From Candidatus Eiseniibacteriota bacterium (GTDB lineage: Bacteria; Eisenbacteria; RBG-16-71-46): a stretch of DNA of 64,000 bases. The translations under genes were made by a program, and so were the position numbers. Shown here one piece after another: positions 17,812 through 25,073 of this stretch. Under the pieces are notes generated by a model. That model saw only the letters and a list, made by a program, of their open reading frames with translations, ran no database searches and had not been told where the DNA came from. The stretch is taken from the NCBI GenBank assembly GCA_963744995.1, contig CAVUWA010000002.1, positions 736,001-800,000 on the forward strand, read 5' to 3'. Within the stretch, counting starts at the first letter, position 1, and every line of letters begins with the position of its first letter.

Positions 17812-17991
17812 GGCGGCGGAGTATGCAAAGCGAGCGGGGAGATGGCAACGGGGAAGCGCCTGGCAGCGGCGAGCGCTGCTCTGCGGAGCTTCGTCGAGCG
17901 CCGCCGCCGCTTGACCCACGGCGCCCCCGCGCGGCATGTTCGCGGCTGCGCGCGTCCGGCTCCGGGGCGGCGCATCGTCGAGCGAGGATCC

Positions 17992-19590
17992 ATGCCCCCA
18001 GACGCACCGATCGACGCGCCGCCGATCGCACGAAACGCAGACACCGCACGCGGCATGCATCGCGCTGCAGCCGTGCTCACGCTCGCGGCGCTGCTCGTCT
18101 GCGCTCCCGCTGCACGGGGCCAGATCCTGCTTCCGGACGGCTTCAACGACCAGCTCGTGCTGGCCGGCCTGAGCGCCCCGGTCGGCATGGCCTGGCTTCC
18201 GGACGGCCGCATGTTCGTGATCGAGCAGAAGACGGCGAAGATCCGCCTGCTCGTGAACGGCGCGCTCGCGCCGACGGACCCGGTGGCCACGGTCGACAAC
18301 GTGCGCACGAGCGGCAGCGAGCAGGGGCTGCTCGGCATCGCGGTCGACCCGGGCTGGCCGGCCCGGCCCTACATCTATGTCCACTGCGACAACCAGGGCA
18401 CCTCGACGATCCGCGTTTCGCGCTACACGGTGACGGGGGACCTCAGTGGCGTGGGCAACGGCGCGCTGGCGATCGACGTGGCGTCGCGTTACGACCTGAT
18501 CGACGACATTCCGGATCAGGCACCCAACCACAACGGCGGCACGCTGCGCTTCGGCAACGACGGGTTCCTGTACGGCAGCTTCGGCGACGACGCTTCGGGC
18601 TGCCCGGCGCAGACGCCGGGGCTGCGCGGCGTGATCCTGCGGATGGACGTCTCGCGCCTGCCGGCGGGGCCGGGTGGCCCGGCGCCGCGCGCGCTGATCA
18701 TCCCGCCCGGAAACCCGTTCCCGGCTGCGCCGGATTCCAACGCGCGACTGGTGTGGGCGTATGGCCTGCGCAATCCGTTCCGCTTCGCGGTGGACGCCGC
18801 CAGCGGGAATCTGTGGATCGGCGACGTCGGCGAGAACCGGCGCGAGGAGGTCGACTATCAGACCGCCGGTGGAATGAACTTCGGCTGGCCGCGCTACGAA
18901 GGCACGCTCGACTGGGATCTCAACTGCGCGGCGCAGAACCCCGTCTTTCCGATCGACGAATACACGCACGACGAGGGCGCGGCAGTGATCGGCGGGTTCG
19001 TCTACCGGCGCCCCGCGGGTGCGGGCGATCAGGCGTTCCCGCCGTCCTACGAGGGCGACGGCTTCTACAACGACTATTACACGGGCTACGTGTGGCGGTT
19101 GAAGGGCTCCGGCGCCGCGTGGCAGCGGCCCGCCGCGGTGCCCGGACAGCCGACAGCGAATCACTGGGCCGAGGGCTTCACCGGGGTGAGTGACTGGCTG
19201 ATCGGCCCCGCGGGCCGGGTCTGGTATTGCCGGCAGGGAACGGGACAGATCCGCCGGATCGTCGCCGTGGCGGGCAACGACACGACGCCCCCCGATACGA
19301 TCGCGGCCGCCGCGGTTTCGTTCGAGCGGCCATTCCCGGTGCCGGCGATCGGCGAGGTCAACCTGCGCTACACGTTGTCGCGCGCCGCGGCGGTGTCGCT
19401 CGTGATCTACGACTTCCGCGGCGCGCGGGTGCGCACGCTCGTCGACGGGCGAGTGCAGGACGCCTCCACCTACGACGTGCTGTGGCGCGGCATCGACGAG
19501 TCCGATCGCGAGGTGCCGCCCGGCATCTATTTCGCGCGCCTGGTCGCCGGCGGTCGTGACGTGGCGCGGCGCATTCCGCTCATCCGCTGA
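17992..19590 (+). CDS. PQQ-dependent sugar dehydrogenase (glucose/sorbosone type) with C-terminal FlgD-Ig/CTD-like domain
   Basis: EQGLLGIAVDP, NHNGGTLRFGNDGFLY, YGLRNPFRF, GDVG, NFGWP; tail IYDFRGARVRTL...PGIYFARL...IPLIR; alternative start 18055. Confidence 0.88.
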   Translation: MPPDAPIDAPPIARNADTARGMHRAAAVLTLAALLVCAPAARGQILLPDGFNDQLVLAGLSAPVGMAWLPDGRMFVIEQKTAKIRLLVNGALAPTDPVATVDNVRTSGSEQGLLGIAVDPGWPARPYIYVHCDNQGTSTIRVSRYTVTGDLSGVGNGALAIDVASRYDLIDDIPDQAPNHNGGTLRFGNDGFLYGSFGDDASGCPAQTPGLRGVILRMDVSRLPAGPGGPAPRALIIPPGNPFPAAPDSNARLVWAYGLRNPFRFAVDAASGNLWIGDVGENRREEVDYQTAGGMNFGWPRYEGTLDWDLNCAAQNPVFPIDEYTHDEGAAVIGGFVYRRPAGAGDQAFPPSYEGDGFYNDYYTGYVWRLKGSGAAWQRPAAVPGQPTANHWAEGFTGVSDWLIGPAGRVWYCRQGTGQIRRIVAVAGNDTTPPDTIAAAAVSFERPFPVPAIGEVNLRYTLSRAAAVSLVIYDFRGARVRTLVDGRVQDASTYDVLWRGIDESDREVPPGIYFARLVAGGRDVARRIPLIR

Positions 19591-19591
19591 C

Positions 19592-21691
19592 ATGAACGGC
19601 CGCCGCGGCATCGCCGTCGCGCTCGTCGCCTTTGGAGCGCTCGCCGGAGCGACCGGCTTCACGCCGGCGTTCGACCGACGGCTGCCGCGCATCGTGTTCG
19701 TCGCGCGCTTTCCGCTCGCGGACGGTCGCATCGCCGGCATCGGGCCCGCGGCCCGCGTGGCCGCGCCGGGCGGCGAGCTGCGGGTGCGCGAGCACAGCGG
19801 CCGCGTCCACGCGCTGCTGCCTGAGGGCGTCCTCTACGACGTGGCGGATCCGAGCGTGTCGTGGGACGGCACGCGCATCGCATTCGCCGCCACCGTGCAC
19901 CCGGACAGCGCGTGGCGAATCTGGACCGTCGGCGCCGACGGGCAGGGTCTGCGGCGGGTGACCGCGGATCCGGCGCCGGAGGAACGCGCGGGCGCCGAGC
20001 CGCACGGCGCCGCGAAGGACGGCGCCGCCGCGCCGCGTGCCGACGACTTCGATCCGTGCTGGCTGCCGGACGGGCGCATCTGTTTCGCGAGCACGCGGCT
20101 CATGATGACGTCCCAGCAGGCCGGCTATCCGGTGAGCAACCTGTTCGTGATCGGCGCCGACGGCGAAGGTCTCTTCCGTCTCACCTCCGAGCGCAACGGC
20201 GCCGAGGCACCGTCGGTGGATCCGCGCGACGGCCGCATCGTCTACGCGCGGTGGTGGTTCAATCGCTATCTGCCGATGAACGGCGCCGGTGCGGACGACC
20301 TGCCGCCCGGCATCACCCTCGATCGCGCGCAGGCGGTGCGGGCGGACACGGTTGATCTCTGGCACGCGGTCTCGATTCGCACCGACGGCGACGGCATCCG
20401 CCTCGCGGGCGGCGATCCGCGCGAGCGCAGCGGGCAGATGGCGTACGCGCCGCTGGTGCGGAAGGACGGCACGCTGATCGGCGTGCAGGCGGACGACCGC
20501 TCGCTCACGGGGTCCCCGGGGGCGCTGCGCATCGTCGAGTTTCGGGGCGGCTTCGCCGAGCGGCGCGTACTGGGGAACGTTTCCGCGTTCGCGCCCGCAC
20601 TGCTGCCGGACGGGCGGCTGCTGTGCGCGCTCGAATCGGGCGGCGCGGGGCATTTCGCGCTCGGCGTGATGGATCCGGCCCATCCCGCGCACGCCCACGT
20701 GATCGCCGACGTCGCGGGACGCGTCGTTTCGGGGTGCGCTCCTCTGGCGCCGCGCCCGCGTCCGCCCGCGATGCGGCCCGGCATGGTGGACCCGCCGGGG
20801 CCGCGGCCGCTCACCCGCGTCGACCAGCTCTTCGACCACGTGCACACGTTCCGCTTCGACTGTCTCAACGTATTCGCCACGGGGCCGGTGGACTCGCGCT
20901 TCCCGGACGCGCCGCCGCTCACGAAGGACGTACGCATCCGCTTCTTCGCGACGTTGTCGCGCCCCGCGGCCGCGGGCGGCGACACGCTGGTGCTGGTGCG
21001 CGAGGCGCCGGTGTCGCCGACCGGCGGCGTGCATCAGGACGACATGCCGGCCGACGTGCCGATGTTCGAGCAGCTCGTGGACCGGGACGGCAACGTGTTG
21101 CGTTCTGCAATGGGGCCCGCCCACGTCCCCGGCCTCAATTTTGCGAGATTGGGAAGCGGCACCAGGTGCATCGGCTGCCATGCCGGACACTCGGCGCTCG
21201 AGGTGCCGCTCAACTACTCCAGCGCGACCTGGGTCAACGCCTCCCCATCGGCGCGGGTCACCGCGTCGAGCCGGGCTGCAGGCACGGCCGGGCCGCGCGC
21301 CGCCGTCGACCGTTTGACGCGGGGTGTGGCGGGGCGGACCGCGTGGATCGCGGCCTCGAATCGCGATGAATGGCTGCGGCTCGAATGGGAGACACCGATT
21401 GAAGTCCGCTCCGTCGTGCTCTACGCTTTACGTCTCAATCGCGCGCAGGGCACGGATGTGCGCATCGATCGCACCGAAATCCGCCTGCTCAGGGATGGGC
21501 GACCGGTGGCGTCCGTCGTTCACGATGGCCGTCTCGCGGCCAGCGGAACACGCGTGGAATTCGAGCCGCGCGTGATCGACGCGCTCGAAGTGCGACCGCT
21601 GCGCGTGAGCGGCGAAGTGCTCGGCCACCGTGCCGCCGCGCTTGCCGAAATCGAGACGGACGCCCGTCTGGCCTATGACACGACACCCTGA
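19592..21691 (+). CDS. Hydrazine-synthase-alpha-like protein: TolB-type propeller + CxxCH domain + F5/8-C/discoidin-like domain
   Basis: DPSVSWDGTRIAF and DFDPCWLPDGRICFASTR repeats; PADVPMFEQLVDRDG...CIGCH; C-terminal TASS...AAVD...AW...EWLRLEW...EIE. Confidence 0.75.
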   Translation: MNGRRGIAVALVAFGALAGATGFTPAFDRRLPRIVFVARFPLADGRIAGIGPAARVAAPGGELRVREHSGRVHALLPEGVLYDVADPSVSWDGTRIAFAATVHPDSAWRIWTVGADGQGLRRVTADPAPEERAGAEPHGAAKDGAAAPRADDFDPCWLPDGRICFASTRLMMTSQQAGYPVSNLFVIGADGEGLFRLTSERNGAEAPSVDPRDGRIVYARWWFNRYLPMNGAGADDLPPGITLDRAQAVRADTVDLWHAVSIRTDGDGIRLAGGDPRERSGQMAYAPLVRKDGTLIGVQADDRSLTGSPGALRIVEFRGGFAERRVLGNVSAFAPALLPDGRLLCALESGGAGHFALGVMDPAHPAHAHVIADVAGRVVSGCAPLAPRPRPPAMRPGMVDPPGPRPLTRVDQLFDHVHTFRFDCLNVFATGPVDSRFPDAPPLTKDVRIRFFATLSRPAAAGGDTLVLVREAPVSPTGGVHQDDMPADVPMFEQLVDRDGNVLRSAMGPAHVPGLNFARLGSGTRCIGCHAGHSALEVPLNYSSATWVNASPSARVTASSRAAGTAGPRAAVDRLTRGVAGRTAWIAASNRDEWLRLEWETPIEVRSVVLYALRLNRAQGTDVRIDRTEIRLLRDGRPVASVVHDGRLAASGTRVEFEPRVIDALEVRPLRVSGEVLGHRAAALAEIETDARLAYDTTP

Positions 21692-21698
21692 GGAACGC

Positions 21699-24600
21699 AT
21701 GCGGCGCTGGACGGTTCACCTCTTCACGACCTGCGCAATGCTCGCGTGCGCGGCGACCGCCGCGTGCGCCGGCGCCAACGGCGTCTTCTCGCCGGACGGC
21801 ACCGACGTGTGGGCCGTGGGCGATGGCGGCCAGGTGTTCCGCTCGCTCGACGGCGGCCAGTCGTTCTTCAACGCGAGCCTCGGCGACAAGGCCCTGAACG
21901 GCGTCGCCGCGCGCGGTTTCACGGCGCTGGTGGTAGGCGACAGCGGCAAGGTCTGGCGCAGCACGAACTCGGGCGGCAGCTGGACGCTCGAGGTGCCGTC
22001 CGGAACGGGCGCTCTGCGCGCGGTGGCAATGGCTTCGGACACGGTGGCGTACGCCGCCGGCGACGGCGGCCGCATCCTCAAGTCCGTGAACGGCGGCGCG
22101 AGCTGGTCGATGCAGACCTCCGGAACGTCCGAACGCCTGCGTGCGCTCGCGTTCTCGAGCGAGGAGGACGGCTGGGCCGCGGGCGACGCCGGCACGGTGC
22201 TGCATACCGTCGACGGCGGCACGAGCTGGGATCCGGTGGACGCCGGCACCACCGAGGACCTGTTCGACGTCGACGTGTCCGGGGCGAGCGTCTGGGTCGT
22301 CGGCCGGCTCGGCACGGCGCGCGCGAGCACCGACGGCGGCGCGAGCTTCAGCCCGGTGAACCTGCGCCTCGACGCGAAGAGCGACGTGCGCGCCGTGTGC
22401 CTGGTGTCGCCCGACTCGGTGGTGCTCGGCGGCGGCGGCGGTTTCGTGCGGGTGAGCGACGACGGCGGAGCGACGTGGACGTTTCCCGTGCACCGGCTGT
22501 ACGGCTCGGTGGGCGGGATCGCGTTCGCGGGCGGCCACGGTTTCGTCGCCGACGGTGACACGATGACGGTGATCCACTCCAGCGACGGCGGCGCGACGTG
22601 GGCATTGCCCGCCGGGACGGCGGTCGGGCAGGAGTGGGTATTCAAGTTCGACGTCGGCGGTACGAACAGCAAGCGCGGAAACACGTTCGCCCTCAACTGG
22701 CAGGACCCGCGCACGCTGTACTGCATGCTGCAGGACCGCGTCTACGTGAGCCGCGACCTCGGCGAGACGTGGACCCAGACCGGCAACCCGGTGAGCAGCT
22801 CGCTGCTGGTGAACGCGTTCATCGTCTCGCCGAAGGACAGCAACCTCTGGGTGGCGGCCGTCACCAATCCGGACCGCATCGTGCGCACCACCAACGGCGG
22901 GCAGAGCTGGAGCACCCGGCTCAGCAAGGCGTTCGGCGAGTACGGCATTCCGGTCGAGATGGACCCCGACCATCCGGACACCCTGTTCTTCGGGCCCGAC
23001 AACGACGTGCTCTACCGCTCGACCGACTTCGGCCAGAACTGGGCGCCGTACTCGAACACCTCGTTCCGCAGCCCGTGCGACGTGGTGGTGGTGCCGGAGA
23101 GCGACAGCGCGGCGATCTACGTCGGCGACGGCGTCACCGGCAGCGGCAACGGCGAGCTGTGGCGCGCCACCGACGGCTCGCTCGACTTCAACCTCCAGAA
23201 CGTCGCCAGCGGCAGCGCCTCCGAAATCCCGACGATCTCGGTCAGCCGGCTCGAGCCGCGCCGCGCGTTCATGACCTCGTGGTCGGCGCCCACGGCGAAC
23301 GTGACGACGGACGAAGGACTCACCTGGAGCCCCATTCCGGGGTTGTCGTCGGTCACCAGCACCTGGGGCACCGACATCGCCCGTGACGATCCCAACGTGG
23401 TCATGATCAACCGCTACTCGGGCTCGGTCATCTACCTGTCGCACGACGGTGGCGCGAACTGGGACGGCATCGTCAAGAGCGGCGCCAACTACGCCGTGTT
23501 CATGCGCGACCGCGGGCAGATCTTCGAGCTGCAGAGCACCGGCATCTTCAAGCTGAAGACGAAGTACACCTACACGCCGGACGGCACGCAGTCGCTGGCA
23601 CTCGCGACCCCCAACGGCGGCGAGGTCTGGGACGCCGGCAGCACGCAGGCGATCGAGTGGAGCGCCGCGAACGTGGCCCAGGCGGTGATCGAATACCGGC
23701 GTTCGAGCGCTGACCCCTGGCTGCCGGTGGCGACGGTCCCCGGCTACCTCGGCAGTTATGCCTGGACCGTGCCCTACGATCCGACCACGACCGCCGAGGT
23801 GCGCGTACGCGACGGCTGGGACGGCACGCCCGCCGACGTGTCGGCGGCGCCGTTCACGATCGCGGCGCCGCTGATCGCGGCGAGCCCCGACCCGCTCGAT
23901 TTCGGCGCCGTGCCCAAGGGCGCCGAGGGCGTCCAGGTGCTGACGATCGACAATGCGGGCACGGCGACGCTGGACGTCACGTCGGCGAGCGTGGCGACGC
24001 CGTCCTTCACCCCGGCGCGGACTTCGTTCTCGGTGCCGGCCGGGGGCTCGGACACGCTGGCGGTGCTGTTCGATCCGTTGTCCGCCGCGGCGTACGACGA
24101 CACGCTCGAACTCGCGAGCAACGCCGCCGGCTCGCCGCTGCGGGTCGCGCTCACCGGCGCGGGCGTGGACACGCTCATGCTGGCGCTCACCGCTCCCGAC
24201 GGCGGCGAGGTCTGGAATTACGGCACCGTGCACCGCATTCAGTGGCAGAGCGCGCTCGTGGATTCGGTGAAGCTCGAGTACCGGACCGGCGGCGGCATGA
24301 CGTGGCAGCCGATCGCGGCGAGCGTCCCCGCGGATTCCGCCGGGTACTGGTGGGTGATCCCCGACGCTCCGACGTCGCTGGCGTCGGTGCGCGTGAGCCA
24401 GATCGGCGGCTCGCGCGCCGACTCCAGCGCGGCGCCGTTCGAGATCGCCGTGCCGCGGCTCCAGGCGATGCCGCTGGTCGCGGACCTGGGCCCGGTCACC
24501 GTCGGCCAGAGCCTGCCGTTCAAGATCGCGCTCGACAACGTCGGCACCGCGACGCTCGAGTTGACCTCGATCATCAGCGATGACGCCGACTTCGTGCCGG

Positions 24601-25073
24601 GCGCATCGAGCCTGTCGATCGCCGCCCAGGCGTCGGACTCGCTGTTGGTGACCTTCACCCCGCAGACGGTCGGCCCCGATACCGCGCACGTGACCATTCT
24701 CACCAACGGCCCGAACAGCCCCGTCGAACTGCTGCTCACCGGCGCAGGCACCCAGAACGTCGCCGTGGACGGCGGAGGGCCGACGGCGTTCGCGCTGAAC
24801 CAGAACCAGCCGAATCCGTTCGCGGGACGCACCACGATCCGCTACGCGGTGCCGGTGCGCACCCCGGTGGTGCTCGACGTCTACGACCTCCAGGGCCATC
24901 GCGTCGCCACGCTCGTCGACCGCGTGCAGGAGCCGGGCACCTACACGGTGCCGTTCGGGCCGGGAATGAGCGCGGCCGGCGGCCGGATCGGCGACGTCCG
25001 CGCCGGCGTCTACTTCTACCGTCTGCGTGCCGGCGCGTTCTCGGCGACCCGCAAGATGCTCTTCCTGCGCTGA
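21699..25073 (+). CDS. YCF48/BNR beta-propeller surface protein with Ig-like modules and C-terminal FlgD-Ig/CTD-like domain
   Basis: Many SxDGGxxW Asp-boxes; two P(N/D)GGEVW + ASH-like (NxGTATL) modules; tail QNQPNPF...VYDLQGHRVATL...GVYFYRL...KMLFLR. Confidence 0.88.
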   Translation: MRRWTVHLFTTCAMLACAATAACAGANGVFSPDGTDVWAVGDGGQVFRSLDGGQSFFNASLGDKALNGVAARGFTALVVGDSGKVWRSTNSGGSWTLEVPSGTGALRAVAMASDTVAYAAGDGGRILKSVNGGASWSMQTSGTSERLRALAFSSEEDGWAAGDAGTVLHTVDGGTSWDPVDAGTTEDLFDVDVSGASVWVVGRLGTARASTDGGASFSPVNLRLDAKSDVRAVCLVSPDSVVLGGGGGFVRVSDDGGATWTFPVHRLYGSVGGIAFAGGHGFVADGDTMTVIHSSDGGATWALPAGTAVGQEWVFKFDVGGTNSKRGNTFALNWQDPRTLYCMLQDRVYVSRDLGETWTQTGNPVSSSLLVNAFIVSPKDSNLWVAAVTNPDRIVRTTNGGQSWSTRLSKAFGEYGIPVEMDPDHPDTLFFGPDNDVLYRSTDFGQNWAPYSNTSFRSPCDVVVVPESDSAAIYVGDGVTGSGNGELWRATDGSLDFNLQNVASGSASEIPTISVSRLEPRRAFMTSWSAPTANVTTDEGLTWSPIPGLSSVTSTWGTDIARDDPNVVMINRYSGSVIYLSHDGGANWDGIVKSGANYAVFMRDRGQIFELQSTGIFKLKTKYTYTPDGTQSLALATPNGGEVWDAGSTQAIEWSAANVAQAVIEYRRSSADPWLPVATVPGYLGSYAWTVPYDPTTTAEVRVRDGWDGTPADVSAAPFTIAAPLIAASPDPLDFGAVPKGAEGVQVLTIDNAGTATLDVTSASVATPSFTPARTSFSVPAGGSDTLAVLFDPLSAAAYDDTLELASNAAGSPLRVALTGAGVDTLMLALTAPDGGEVWNYGTVHRIQWQSALVDSVKLEYRTGGGMTWQPIAASVPADSAGYWWVIPDAPTSLASVRVSQIGGSRADSSAAPFEIAVPRLQAMPLVADLGPVTVGQSLPFKIALDNVGTATLELTSIISDDADFVPGASSLSIAAQASDSLLVTFTPQTVGPDTAHVTILTNGPNSPVELLLTGAGTQNVAVDGGGPTAFALNQNQPNPFAGRTTIRYAVPVRTPVVLDVYDLQGHRVATLVDRVQEPGTYTVPFGPGMSAAGGRIGDVRAGVYFYRLRAGAFSATRKMLFLR

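Noticed and set aside
16528..19740. Apparent 1070-aa symporter fusion and 893-aa dehydrogenase or PolX ORFs
   Set aside because: Over-extended starts running through neighbouring genes; motif-supported starts are 17811, 17992 and 31613.
19592..21691. Evidence for anammox metabolism
   Set aside because: Only an HzsA-like domain with one CxxCH; no hzsB/C or hydrazine dehydrogenase in the window.
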